From: a virus
Taxonomy: Duplodnaviria > Caudoviricetes
Length of the DNA stretch: 52,366 nucleotides
Virus record (IMG/VR): IMGVR_UViG_3300032326_000835
Coordinates: 1-52,366 of that record
Direction: 5' to 3' (one strand)
Shown: positions 20,230 to 29,394 of the stretch, piece by piece
How the letters are laid out: each line of letters starts with the position of its first letter
Numbering within the stretch: the stretch's first letter is position 1
Notes under the pieces: generated by a model
Databases searched by the model: none
Told to the model about the DNA's origin: nothing
What the model saw: only the letters and a program-made list of their open reading frames with translations
Program-made: the position numbers and the translations under genes

Positions 20230-20837
20230 TAACTAGCATACCAGAAGGACAAATTTGTCAAGCATTTGATCCAAGAATGATTATGACTGACGAGATACTT
20301 CGCCGCCACCATGCCACTATTCAGCCTAATACATCTTGTATAGCGCCAGCGTATGTTTATGTGGAAGGAAAGCATGGCAAAAGGTTTCTTTGTGATACAC
20401 ACTACTACTACGAACTATACATGAATGGGCAAACCTATTCAGCCCCAAATCATTCTGTAAAAGAAATTTATCAATTTATAATAGACGAAACAGAAAGAGT
20501 TAAAGAAACTTTTGCAAAAAATGTAACAAGCACAGAAACGCTTGGTCATAAGTGTTGTTTAACTAATTACTACAATGGTGGTATAGGGTGTACTGCTGAT
20601 GCTTTAATAAAACTCAATGTCATAAAAATGCCTTTTGGCAAAGTAAATTTTATCTCAAATTTAGATCCAGACAATATTTCAAAAGATATGTTTTATTGTA
20701 ATTTTCACTTCAGAAGAACCTATTATAGATACGTTAATAATGGTGTTGTTTTTGAAAAATATTTTAAAGTGTTAGATGAAAGATACAGAATGACAATGAC
20801 TCTTGCTGAAGAAGCAGAAAGACTTACTTATCTGTAG
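20226..20837 (+). CDS. hypothetical Cys/His-rich protein
   Basis: 203 aa ORF with two C..CxxH repeats. Confidence 0.6.
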   Translation: MITSIPEGQICQAFDPRMIMTDEILRRHHATIQPNTSCIAPAYVYVEGKHGKRFLCDTHYYYELYMNGQTYSAPNHSVKEIYQFIIDETERVKETFAKNVTSTETLGHKCCLTNYYNGGIGCTADALIKLNVIKMPFGKVNFISNLDPDNISKDMFYCNFHFRRTYYRYVNNGVVFEKYFKVLDERYRMTMTLAEEAERLTYL

Positions 20838-20911
20838 CACATTCTTGACATCCTGTTCTTATTAGTATATAATTGAATATATTACAAACAATACAAGAAG
20901 TGGGGTATACT

Positions 20912-21166
20912 ATGAGTACAATGATTGAGACACCAGCAGAAGTAAAAGATTGGGTATTAAAAGCCACAGATCGATGTGATTCCTGCGCTGCAGAAGCCTT
21001 AGTCCAGGTCATAGGACTTAATGGAGAACTCTTGTTTTGTGGTCACCACTATAATAGTATAATGAGTAATCCAGCAGGGTATAAAAAGATGATGTCATTT
21101 ATGATAAGTATTGTAGATGAGAGAGACAAACTTATTGAAAACAAAGCAAAGGGGAAAGATTACTAA
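20912..21166 (+). CDS. small Zn-binding protein
   Basis: DRCDSC...LLFCGHH. Confidence 0.7.
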   Translation: MSTMIETPAEVKDWVLKATDRCDSCAAEALVQVIGLNGELLFCGHHYNSIMSNPAGYKKMMSFMISIVDERDKLIENKAKGKDY

Positions 21167-21573
21167 TGTATGAATACTATGTAAGAAAAGTAGAGAATGT
21201 TGTAGATGGAGATACCATTGATGTTCTTATTGATTTAGGGTTTGATGTCCTGTTTGCATCTCGTGTAAGGTTGGCTGGTATTGATACCCCAGAGTCTCGC
21301 ACAAAGGATCTTGCTGAGAAAGCACTTGGCCTAGAAGCCAAGGAGTACCTAAAGAAGGCTCTTAAGGATGCCAAGTCCGTTGTAATTAAGACTGAGAAGA
21401 TGAATTCATCTGAGAAGTATGGTCGCATTTTGGGCTGGGTATATGTAGATGGGAACACCGTATCTCTAAACGATATGATGATCAATGATGGCTACGCTTG
21501 GGGATATCTAGGTGACACTAAGGTTAAAGACTTTACTGCTCTTGCCAAGGCTAGGAAGAAGTCTGGCAAGTGA
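21166..21573 (+). CDS. thermonuclease (SNase family)
   Basis: VVDGDT, RLAGIDTPE, KYGRILG. Confidence 0.9.
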   Translation: MYEYYVRKVENVVDGDTIDVLIDLGFDVLFASRVRLAGIDTPESRTKDLAEKALGLEAKEYLKKALKDAKSVVIKTEKMNSSEKYGRILGWVYVDGNTVSLNDMMINDGYAWGYLGDTKVKDFTALAKARKKSGK

Positions 21574-21902
21574 GTGATGAATTTGACATTATTGATAATC
21601 TAATACTAAACGGAGGTTTAGAGTTTGCAGGAAAAGACTCTGAAACTGGAGAGCCATTATATAAGCCTACAGACAGACTTAAAGATATCGATGCTAGGCT
21701 TAGCGAGGAGATGTCTATATATTTTTCAGAGGTAACTTTAAAACTCTGGGAAAAGGGATTTCTTGATATGGATGTAACTCAAAAAGATCCAGTAGTCAAA
21801 CTTGGTCCAAAGTCTTTTGATGTTTCCTCTATAAAGTCATTGCCAAAAGATGAAAGAGTAGTCGTTGAAGAGATAGTTAAAGTTCTTTTCAATAAAAACT
21901 GA
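21570..21902 (+). CDS. hypothetical protein
   Basis: 110 aa; GTGA overlap. Confidence 0.6.
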   Translation: MSDEFDIIDNLILNGGLEFAGKDSETGEPLYKPTDRLKDIDARLSEEMSIYFSEVTLKLWEKGFLDMDVTQKDPVVKLGPKSFDVSSIKSLPKDERVVVEEIVKVLFNKN

Positions 21903-21926
21903 TATACTGGATGTATAGGGGTATTT

Positions 21927-22343
21927 ATGAATAACTTTTATGGTGCTATTGGAACAACAGTAACTATTCTTTTGCTAGTTTATATTTACATTCTTAAAAA
22001 TAATGTAAAAAATAATAGGCAGCCAATAATTAGTCAGGCCATGCTTCAGTATCGTTATAGTAATAGAAAAAATAATTCAAGAAAAATAAAAGTTAGAACT
22101 CAGTCAAAACTTCATTATGATAAGACTAACATAAAAGTTATTATTCTTGATAACGATGCATACTGGATCAAGGATAATATTTTTTATAAGGCACCATTAG
22201 TCAACGAACTTATCAATAAAGAAGAGGCCGAGCAAGTTGACACAATACACATGGATAAGGTACAATTAGACAAGATGTTGTTTATAATGGACAAACTAAG
22301 AGAAGGGATTGAGGATGATAGTAGGAGTTCAAGGGACGAGTAG
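21927..22343 (+). CDS. membrane-anchored hypothetical protein
   Basis: N-terminal TM helix. Confidence 0.6.
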   Translation: MNNFYGAIGTTVTILLLVYIYILKNNVKNNRQPIISQAMLQYRYSNRKNNSRKIKVRTQSKLHYDKTNIKVIILDNDAYWIKDNIFYKAPLVNELINKEEAEQVDTIHMDKVQLDKMLFIMDKLREGIEDDSRSSRDE

Positions 22344-22665
22344 TTTTGATAACTATCAGGTTTTCCTTAGATCTATGGCTGTTGCCCTTTCTGAGTTGTT
22401 AGAAAGCGACAAAGACTTTCATATATATTCTGCAGGACCAAATAATATTAATATGATGTCAATGGAGTTTACAAATCTATCCGAAAAAGGTATGAAGTCA
22501 AGAGGAAAAAATATTAAGTTTTTTAAAGTTTCTCCTCAGTGGTTAGAAGAAAATATATCTGAAGTAAATCATTTTGCTTTTTTATCTAATCCAAAAGAAC
22601 CAGTATCAAAGATTGTTCATATATCAAAACTAAATAATATAAATACAAATGTATATAACTTTTAA
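22315..22665 (+). CDS. SLOG/DUF2493-like protein
   Basis: MIVGVQGTSSFDNY N-terminus resembles the SLOG fold. Confidence 0.4.
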   Translation: MIVGVQGTSSFDNYQVFLRSMAVALSELLESDKDFHIYSAGPNNINMMSMEFTNLSEKGMKSRGKNIKFFKVSPQWLEENISEVNHFAFLSNPKEPVSKIVHISKLNNINTNVYNF

Positions 22666-22715
22666 TAGAATATACATAAGCCTGTGCTTTTGCACATAAA
22701 CAGAACGGAAAAAAT

Positions 22716-22928
22716 ATGAAATTAGTTAATTCTTTAGAAACTATGGAATCAATAGTGAACAAGAATAGACAACTGTCTTGGGATGGTTGGACCGTTGTTG
22801 AAACTTTTCCATCAGAAAAGGCATACTTTTCAAAGTTTGGAATATACAAAAATAATAAATGGCAAATGAAAAAAGAGTTTGCTCCTTCTGACTTAGGTTG
22901 GGAAATTCCTGATAAGTATGTGATCTAA
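22716..22928 (+). CDS. hypothetical protein
   Basis: 70 aa; abuts whiB. Confidence 0.6.
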   Translation: MKLVNSLETMESIVNKNRQLSWDGWTVVETFPSEKAYFSKFGIYKNNKWQMKKEFAPSDLGWEIPDKYVI

Positions 22929-23210
22929 ATGAATAAGTTTAAATGGAAAGATAATGCCGTTTGTTTAGACTACGATACAAACTTATTTTTTGAAAAATAT
23001 GAAGATGATGAATTGCTAAGGCCAGCAATTGACAGTTTGTGCTCTTCTTGCCCAGTAAGGAAAGAATGTTTTTCTGTTGGAATTTCTGGTAAAGAGTGGG
23101 GTGTTTGGGGTGGAGTTTATTTAGAAGGCGGAGAAGTCTCTAAAGAATTTTCTAGCCATAAGAGCAAAATTGACTGGGGAAAAACCTGGCAGTCTTTAAC
23201 AATGGAGTAG
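22929..23210 (+). CDS. whiB: WhiB-family Fe-S transcription factor
   Basis: W..AVC, FF, CSSCPVRKEC, GVWGG. Confidence 0.92.
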   Translation: MNKFKWKDNAVCLDYDTNLFFEKYEDDELLRPAIDSLCSSCPVRKECFSVGISGKEWGVWGGVYLEGGEVSKEFSSHKSKIDWGKTWQSLTME

Positions 23211-23211
23211 A

Positions 23212-23451
23212 ATGTATACAGATCAAATGAAAAGAGCCTTTAGATCTTTAGAGTGTCCAAAAAATTTTTCTTTACAAATTATAGATAACGATCATTTTAT
23301 AACAGTAAAAGCAAAGGAAAAAGATTTTATGTCTTTAGAGACGGTAGAGTTAAAGAGGCAGGCCATTGAGTATATGATTCGTGTAAAGAAAGCCCTAGAA
23401 GACAATGGGGCAATTGTACTACTTGTTCGAGAGGGCGGAAAAGAACTGTGA
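23212..23451 (+). CDS. hypothetical protein
   Basis: 79 aa, in operon. Confidence 0.6.
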   Translation: MYTDQMKRAFRSLECPKNFSLQIIDNDHFITVKAKEKDFMSLETVELKRQAIEYMIRVKKALEDNGAIVLLVREGGKEL

Positions 23452-23855
23452 CTCAGTCAATATTATTAGTTATCTTATCAATAACATCTACAACCATGGC
23501 TTTTCTTTTTTATATTCAAAAAAGAAGAAATGAACAGATGATTGCTCATACAGTACAATTCCTTCTACTGAATGAAGAGCAAAAAGAAAATGAAAAAACG
23601 GATAAAGAAAAGGCTAATGAAGATTTTTTAAAATTCATTTCAGATTCTCGTGATTGGGCATATGCCTATATAGATGAGGTACAGGCATCCTTAAATAAGT
23701 TTATTACTGATATTGAGCCAGAGATTAATTATTTTAATGAGTACGGAGACATTGGTTCAATGTCACCCAACTATGACTCCATGAAAAAAATTACTGTGTC
23801 CTATGAAGAATTAAAGAAACTGCTACCAGAAGACTATGGTAAAATAGATACATGA
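23448..23855 (+). CDS. membrane-anchored hypothetical protein
   Basis: N-terminal TM helix. Confidence 0.6.
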   Translation: MTQSILLVILSITSTTMAFLFYIQKRRNEQMIAHTVQFLLLNEEQKENEKTDKEKANEDFLKFISDSRDWAYAYIDEVQASLNKFITDIEPEINYFNEYGDIGSMSPNYDSMKKITVSYEELKKLLPEDYGKIDT

Positions 23856-24454
23856 TAACGAACCCTTCCGAAAAAGATGAAATCTATTTAGCAAATGTTG
23901 CAAAAATAGGAAACTCTACAGACAACATACAATATATAGAAAATGTGCTACCTGAAGAAGATCACAGGATTCTTCTTGATTACGCAAAGTCTGCCGACTC
24001 TTGGAAAGAGCAACCTTGGAAGGCTATAACTATTGAATCAGAAAAGTTGCCCGAAGAGATTAGAGAAATGCTAAACAAAATATTTGAACTTGTTTATAAA
24101 AGGTCCGTAGAACTTTATGATGTAGCCATTAATCCTTTTCACAAGTCTGCACTTCATATAGTCAAGTTTGTAAAAGGTTTTTATTTGGATCCACATGTAG
24201 ATACATTATCATCTGAGGGCAACCACATTGCCTCAGTATATTATATTAATGATGACTACACTGGTGGAGAACTTAACTTTCCAGATCACAATTTAAACAT
24301 TAAGCCAAAGCCTAACAGTTTAGTTATTTTCCCTGGCAATGAAAATTATTTGCATGAAGTCCGTAAGATTGTTGACAACGACAGATACAGTTCTGCTATG
24401 TGGCTTCAGTTCACTGGCTCCACCTTTAATAAAAAAGCAGAATGGTATAACTAA
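23852..24454 (+). CDS. prolyl 4-hydroxylase-like 2OG-Fe(II) oxygenase
   Basis: HVD, YINDDYTGGEL, HEV, RYS. Confidence 0.88.
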   Translation: MITNPSEKDEIYLANVAKIGNSTDNIQYIENVLPEEDHRILLDYAKSADSWKEQPWKAITIESEKLPEEIREMLNKIFELVYKRSVELYDVAINPFHKSALHIVKFVKGFYLDPHVDTLSSEGNHIASVYYINDDYTGGELNFPDHNLNIKPKPNSLVIFPGNENYLHEVRKIVDNDRYSSAMWLQFTGSTFNKKAEWYN

Positions 24455-24457
24455 CAT

Positions 24458-25012
24458 ATGACAAACTATAACTTAGGAAATTCTGTAGATAATATACAAA
24501 TTACAGAAAACGTTTTATCTAAAGAAGAGCACCAGTCCTTGCTTAATTATGTAGAAAGCGTTGATTCTTGGGATGCTATGCCATGGGGAGTTAAAGTCTT
24601 GGAATCAGGAGAAGTAGCAAAAGAATTTTCTGAGATCTTAGATAAAGTTTTTATGATTGCCCATAAAAAATCTACAGACTTTTATAATGTTGATCTTAAT
24701 GTTTTTGAAAAAACATCTGTTCCTTTAATTAAATTTGAAAAAGGATATAAGATGAATGAGCATGCAGACACTACAGGAGACATTGCAGCAATATATTATA
24801 TTAATGATGATTACGAAGGGGGAGAGATAAATTTTATGGACCACAACTTAAAGATTAAGCCAAAGGCTAACAGTTTTATAACATTCCCAAGTAATGCAGA
24901 CTACTGGCATGAGGTGCTAGAAAATACTGTAAAGGAAAGATACTCTTCTACCCTCTGGTTTCATTTTGCTGGATCTAGCCCTATTAGGCCAAAATTAGGT
25001 TTAACCAGGTAA
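24458..25012 (+). CDS. prolyl 4-hydroxylase-like 2OG-Fe(II) oxygenase (tandem paralog)
   Basis: HAD, YINDDYEGGEI, HEV, RYS. Confidence 0.88.
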   Translation: MTNYNLGNSVDNIQITENVLSKEEHQSLLNYVESVDSWDAMPWGVKVLESGEVAKEFSEILDKVFMIAHKKSTDFYNVDLNVFEKTSVPLIKFEKGYKMNEHADTTGDIAAIYYINDDYEGGEINFMDHNLKIKPKANSFITFPSNADYWHEVLENTVKERYSSTLWFHFAGSSPIRPKLGLTR

Positions 25013-25022
25013 TAAACTTATA

Positions 25023-25181
25023 ATGAAAGACATTATATTATCAACACTTACAGGTTTTGGATGCGGAATAGTGTTTGCTGCATTCAAATTGCCAGTACCA
25101 GCACCACCAGTTTTTGCGGGAGTCGCAGGAATTATTGGTCTATGGATTGGCTTTACAGTACTAACAAACGCAATATCCTAG
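25023..25181 (+). CDS. XapX/DUF1427 small membrane protein (not in ORF track)
   Basis: LPVPAPPVFAGVAGIIG. Confidence 0.75.
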   Translation: MKDIILSTLTGFGCGIVFAAFKLPVPAPPVFAGVAGIIGLWIGFTVLTNAIS

Positions 25182-25190
25182 GAGGAAAAC

Positions 25191-25469
25191 ATGAATGAAC
25201 AAATCAAAGCAGCACTAGCATCATACGGAAGATCAGTAATCGCAGCAGCAACAGCAATGTATGCATCAGGCGTAACAGATCCTCAGACGCTTGCTTACTC
25301 ATTACTTGGTGCAATTGTTCCAGTTGTATTGAGAGCAGCCAACCCTAATGACAAGGCATTTGGAAAGATGCCTTCAGTAGATGAGGTTGATGTAGCACTT
25401 AAGACTGCCAAGGTAGTCAAAAAGACTGCTAAGAAGGCTCCAGCAAAGAAGACAGCAGCAAAGAAGTAA
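25191..25469 (+). CDS. holin-like membrane protein with Lys/Ala tail
   Basis: Hydrophobic helices, NPNDKAFG, KKAPAKK tail. Confidence 0.5.
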   Translation: MNEQIKAALASYGRSVIAAATAMYASGVTDPQTLAYSLLGAIVPVVLRAANPNDKAFGKMPSVDEVDVALKTAKVVKKTAKKAPAKKTAAKK

Positions 25470-25480
25470 TTCTTTAGATT

Positions 25481-25512
25481 AGCAGGCCAGTTTTACTAAC
25501 TGGCCTGTTTTT
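25481..25512. terminator. terminator between convergent genes
   Basis: CAGGCCAGTT/AACTGGCCTG hairpin plus T tract. Confidence 0.75.
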
Positions 25513-25530
25513 CTATGCTAATATATTTTT

Positions 25531-26229
25531 CTATGAGTTTCTTTTTATATATATTTCGTGAAAACCAAGTTCATGCAATATTATAGCGTCAACATACCAA
25601 TTTTTATTAAAATGTAAAAATTCATTTACGCTTTGATATATACCCACATGAACATCGTAATGAACAGCATCATAATTCATATAGGAAGTAAACCCTACAA
25701 CGCCATCAACATTAACTATTTTAGAACAATGCTTCAAAAGATTTCTCATTAGAAGTCTATCTGTCTCCGCATCAAAAAGAATAAAATCATATTTTTTTTC
25801 TAAGGTAAAAAATACATCTTTCATATCTCCTTTTATAGTCTTTACATTAGTATTATAAGAAAATTTATTTTTTATAAATTGTTCATGCGTTATTGAACTA
25901 TCTTCTGGAGCGTCTCCACCTGGCTCTCTAGTTCCCTGAGCATTATCGTATAAATCTAATAGATCTGCACTTTTAGCATTTGTTGTATCTATAAACATTT
26001 TAGCCGATCCACCGTAGCCAACACCAACCTCTAGATAATCTATCTCTTTTTTCATGGTCTTTGCATATTCATATTTTGAATTAAATAATTTTGCATTATT
26101 TAACTGGGTTTGAAATATAGGCAATGCTCTTTCCATTTCATGCTCTGCATACTTAGTTTCTTCATAATACCCAATTGGATCTTTTATGACTTTACCCTTA
26201 GACCATATTATATTTTTTGTATTCTCCAT
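25531..26229 (-). CDS. class I SAM-dependent methyltransferase, leaderless
   Basis: LEVGVGYGGS, LLD, YDFILFD. Confidence 0.8.
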   Translation of the reverse strand: MENTKNIIWSKGKVIKDPIGYYEETKYAEHEMERALPIFQTQLNNAKLFNSKYEYAKTMKKEIDYLEVGVGYGGSAKMFIDTTNAKSADLLDLYDNAQGTREPGGDAPEDSSITHEQFIKNKFSYNTNVKTIKGDMKDVFFTLEKKYDFILFDAETDRLLMRNLLKHCSKIVNVDGVVGFTSYMNYDAVHYDVHVGIYQSVNEFLHFNKNWYVDAIILHELGFHEIYIKRNS

Positions 26230-26265
26230 ATTTGACAGTATATCACAAAACATGATACAATATAT

Positions 26266-26317
26266 TTACCTGCCCAAACGGGGGGTAAATTAACTTATTC
26301 GCTTGAAAGGGGAATAA
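26266..26317 (+). promoter_or_regulatory. structured hsp20 5' UTR occluding the SD
   Basis: TTATTC-GCTTGAAAGGG-GAATAA hairpin ends 1 nt before ATG; promoter TTGACA 26232 / TACAAT 26256. Confidence 0.5.
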
Positions 26318-26318
26318 A

Positions 26319-26723
26319 ATGGTAAAAACAGCACTGGATCTTTTTAATGATCCTTTTTTCAATACCTTCTCAAATCTTCAGAAGGTAACAACAACTACAA
26401 ACTATCCACCTTATAACCAGATTAAACTAAATGATACAGAGTATATTCTGTCATTTGCTTTGGCTGGTTTTTCTAAGGATGATGTCTCAGTATCGCTAGA
26501 CAATCGCAAACTTACAATCAAGGGCGAGAAGCAGGACACTGAGTTACCAGAGGGAGCAGAGTATCTACACAAGGGCATAGCAGCCCGAAAGTTCACAGAT
26601 ATCTTCACCCTTCCTGAATTTGTTGAGGTTATTGGGGCTGAATTCAAAGACGGTATCTTAGATATCAAACTTGAAAAACAGATACCAGAAGATAAACTAC
26701 CAAAGACCATTAAAATTAAGTAG
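26319..26723 (+). CDS. small heat shock protein Hsp20
   Basis: YPPYN, ALAGF, LHKGIAARKF, AEFKDGIL. Confidence 0.93.
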   Translation: MVKTALDLFNDPFFNTFSNLQKVTTTTNYPPYNQIKLNDTEYILSFALAGFSKDDVSVSLDNRKLTIKGEKQDTELPEGAEYLHKGIAARKFTDIFTLPEFVEVIGAEFKDGILDIKLEKQIPEDKLPKTIKIK

Positions 26724-26736
26724 TATAATGGTTAAC

Positions 26737-26850
26737 ATTCCGATATAAGACTTTAAAAGGTTTTACAACGGATGCTCCTATGAGAGGAGAGTTAGCAGGA
26801 GTCGAATCTTCGTGGCTAATAGACCTGAGCAGTCGTCTATAAACTGCTCA
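26737..26850 (+). ncRNA. candidate structured ncRNA A (ends in pseudoknot copy 2)
   Basis: TATAAT at 26724; three helices then TAGAC-CTGAGCAGTC-GTCTA-TAAAC-TGCTCA. Confidence 0.55.
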
Positions 26851-26872
26851 CTTACTATGCTACAATTATATT

Positions 26873-26956
26873 GTCCCACACAGGACCTTAGTGATGGATT
26901 AGTTACCCATTTGATAGAGACCGTGGCGCAAGTCAGGTGAATTGCTTGTGTGGGAC
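26873..26956 (+). ncRNA. candidate structured ncRNA B
   Basis: TGcTACAAT 6 nt upstream; 12-bp closing stem GTCCCACACAGG/CTTGTGTGGGAC. Confidence 0.6.
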
Positions 26957-26983
26957 CCAACATTTTGCGGTATAATAATAACA

Positions 26984-27253
26984 ATGACTGACAAAGAGTT
27001 AGACCATTATAATAAGCAGCAGTATAAGAAGATGCTTGCCAAGATAAAAGAGGATTCTGGCTGTGTAGATTGTGGTGTTGGCAATCATATAATCCTAGAC
27101 TTTGATCATATAAGAGACAAAAAATACAATATATCTAGAATGATCCATGATGGTTTTTCATGGAAATCTATAAAGAAAGAGATTGAGAAGTGCGAAGTAG
27201 TCTGCGCCAATTGTCATAGGATAAGGACTCATCATCGCTTAAATGGCCAATAG
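26984..27253 (+). CDS. small HNH endonuclease, leaderless
   Basis: CVDC, FDH, CANCHRIRT; TATAAT at 26971. Confidence 0.85.
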   Translation: MTDKELDHYNKQQYKKMLAKIKEDSGCVDCGVGNHIILDFDHIRDKKYNISRMIHDGFSWKSIKKEIEKCEVVCANCHRIRTHHRLNGQ

Positions 27254-27270
27254 TATGCTATAATTTTTGT

Positions 27271-27912
27271 ATGGCTATAATTACAAAACAAAATCTAATA
27301 GATGCTAAAAAAGAACGCAAACTTTTCGTTGTAAAAGATTTTTGTAAAGATTTTCCTTCGTGGGAATATGTAGACAATTTTTATGATCTTGCAAAAGAAA
27401 CTAAAACCATAGACTATAACTCTATTGGAACTTTTGTAATTGAAGAAGATCCCAGAGTTTTTGATTATTATAAAAAGGCAATATCAGATATTTCTTTATT
27501 TTACAAAGGCCATGTTATGTTTTCAATGATGATAGTTCATTTTATAAATAGAAATGACAATAGGATGATAGATAAAAATCTAAAAAACCTTTTTTCAAAA
27601 TTCACTATGGATAATTCTAAAAAAATTCCAGTGGAACTTACAATTAAAGAAGATGGCGTAGACGGATGGCCAATCGAATGGTGGGACCCAACGGTGCATT
27701 CAGATGCAGAAGACAGGTTCTTTATTCAGGGTAGTGGACAAAGCCTATGGAAGGTTTTTCATGACAACAAAGAAATAAATTATGAGGTGTTGTTGAGCCC
27801 TGGTGATATGGCATACATACCAAAAGGCGTAATTCATAGTGTTGAATCAATGTGCCCAAGGCACTCGGTAAGCATAGCCTTCTCTGACGACCCAGAGATT
27901 CTTAGGGCATAG
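27271..27912 (+). CDS. JmjC/cupin-domain protein
   Basis: HSD, QGSG..W, LSPGDMAYIPKGVIH. Confidence 0.8.
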   Translation: MAIITKQNLIDAKKERKLFVVKDFCKDFPSWEYVDNFYDLAKETKTIDYNSIGTFVIEEDPRVFDYYKKAISDISLFYKGHVMFSMMIVHFINRNDNRMIDKNLKNLFSKFTMDNSKKIPVELTIKEDGVDGWPIEWWDPTVHSDAEDRFFIQGSGQSLWKVFHDNKEINYEVLLSPGDMAYIPKGVIHSVESMCPRHSVSIAFSDDPEILRA

Positions 27913-27936
27913 TTCAAGGCATGGTATAATTATTAT

Positions 27937-28377
27937 ATGTTAAAAGAAGGCGATTTCGCAATGACCTCCCACGGTGGAGAAGGAGATACACACATAGGGC
28001 AAGTAGTACATGTTATGTATGAAGGTGCTCTTGGTAATCCAGGAACAGAATATTATATGGAAGCAAGTGCAGAAAATCCTGCGGTAATGATTCAATTATT
28101 TGAACAAGAAGAAAGCGGATTATGGGAAGCAACAAGACTATACACTGCATGTGCAATGTCTATGTATGTCCAGATCCCTCCACTAAGGGTTGAACCTGAA
28201 GATTCAGAAGTTGCTATGGCCATGTATGATGCACAAATAGGAAAGGCTGCTCCTTGCTGGGATGGATATGTCCAAAGAGGAATGAAGCCAGGGGCAGATG
28301 GTAAGCCTGTTCCTAACTGCATACCAGTTGCTAAGTCAGATAGTTGGGCAAACTCTCCATTTAAGGTTTCAAAGTAA
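27937..28377 (+). CDS. hypothetical protein with CWDGY..VPNC motif
   Basis: Leaderless TATAAT; 146 aa. Confidence 0.65.
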   Translation: MLKEGDFAMTSHGGEGDTHIGQVVHVMYEGALGNPGTEYYMEASAENPAVMIQLFEQEESGLWEATRLYTACAMSMYVQIPPLRVEPEDSEVAMAMYDAQIGKAAPCWDGYVQRGMKPGADGKPVPNCIPVAKSDSWANSPFKVSK

Positions 28378-28505
28378 TGCCAAAGAAAAAAGCACACGCA
28401 TTTAATCCTGTTCAAATTAAAGATGGGTGGATTGTAAGACTATATAAAGATGGTCGTATTAAATCTAAGATCGAGCCATACGAACCAAAACATCCTAAGA
28501 AGTAA

Positions 28506-28901
28506 TTATTTTAAATGATATCCGTATTTAGTTATTAACTCTACTACTTTATCGGCTAATCCTTCATGAAATTGATTAAAAAAGGTGGAGTATTGATCGC
28601 TGTGCATTATTGCATGCTTTAAGCCATACGCATAATTTCTATCTAGAGGAAAAAAATGTTTGCTCACATGATTCATTAATTTTATTGCTGCTTGCTCGGA
28701 TAAACTATCATCAATATCTATATTGTTTATGATAAGGTTTGCCATTTCTTGCATTGTCTCTTTTGCATCAACAACCATATTTTCCCAGTCTTGCTTTGTA
28801 TAGTTAGATATACGAGAATCTGCAGTTAATACTAATGGATTTTCAGGAGCAGATTGTTGCCAAGACTTCCAAAGTTGAACACAAGTTACTTCTTTTTCCA
28901 T
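28506..28901 (-). CDS. TipAS-like helical protein
   Basis: SEQA..H...F..GL...FFNQFHEGLA pattern; leaderless. Confidence 0.45.
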   Translation of the reverse strand: MEKEVTCVQLWKSWQQSAPENPLVLTADSRISNYTKQDWENMVVDAKETMQEMANLIINNIDIDDSLSEQAAIKLMNHVSKHFFPLDRNYAYGLKHAIMHSDQYSTFFNQFHEGLADKVVELITKYGYHLK

Positions 28902-28929
28902 AACCACAGTATAGCACAATCATATTTTG

Positions 28930-29002
28930 TACCCCTGGCAAGAATCGAACTTGCGACGCATGGCTTAGAAGTCCATCGTTCTGTCCACTGAACTACAGAG
29001 GT
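28930..29002 (-). tRNA. tRNA-Arg(TCT)
   Basis: Cloverleaf; loop CTTCTAA; TTCGATT. Confidence 0.9.
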
Positions 29003-29003
29003 G

Positions 29004-29089
29004 TGGCGGAAGTAATAGGATTCGAACCTATGGATCTTTCAATCTACGATTTAGCAAACCGCTGCATTCGACCACTCTGCCATACTTCC
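29004..29089 (-). tRNA. tRNA-Ser(GCT)
   Basis: Long variable arm; loop TTGCTAA; encoded CCA. Confidence 0.9.
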
Positions 29090-29090
29090 G

Positions 29091-29163
29091 TATCTCCAAC
29101 GGGATTCGAACCCGTGTTGCCACCGTGAAAGGGTGGAGTCCTAGGCCTCTAGACCATGGAGAC
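29091..29163 (-). tRNA. tRNA-Glu(TTC)
   Basis: CCACC-CTTTCAC-GGTGG. Confidence 0.92.
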
Positions 29164-29164
29164 T

Positions 29165-29238
29165 TGGAGCGGATGATCAGAATCGAACTGACCCCTTCTG
29201 CTTGGAAGGCAGAGGCACTACCAATATGCAACATCCGC
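29165..29238 (-). tRNA. tRNA-Gly(TCC)
   Basis: TCTGC-CTTCCAA-GCAGA; encoded CCA. Confidence 0.92.
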
Positions 29239-29242
29239 ATCG

Positions 29243-29316
29243 TACATCTGGAAGGACTTGAACCTTCGGCTCTCTGCATATAAGGCAGGTACTCTAACCA
29301 ACTGAGTTACAGATGT
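29243..29316 (-). tRNA. tRNA-Ile(TAT)
   Basis: Acceptor ACATCTG/CAGATGT; loop CTTATAT. Confidence 0.85.
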
Positions 29317-29320
29317 GTAG

Positions 29321-29394
29321 TACACCAGGTAGGACTTGAACCTACGATAACCGAATTATGAGTTCGGGGCCTTAACCAACTTGGCTACTGGTGC
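29321..29394 (-). tRNA. tRNA with CAT anticodon (Met or Ile2)
   Basis: CCGAA-CTCATAA-TTCGG. Confidence 0.88.

Noticed and set aside
26895-26910. GGATTAGTTACCC resembling a 16S rRNA segment
   Set aside because: Only ~13 nt with a mismatch; flanks are not rRNA-like
26737-26956. Retron msr-msd or DGR template
   Set aside because: No reverse transcriptase in the window and no TR/VR pair noticed
29028-29279. ORF-track proteins over the tRNA cluster (also 42624-42851)
   Set aside because: They overlap clear tRNA genes
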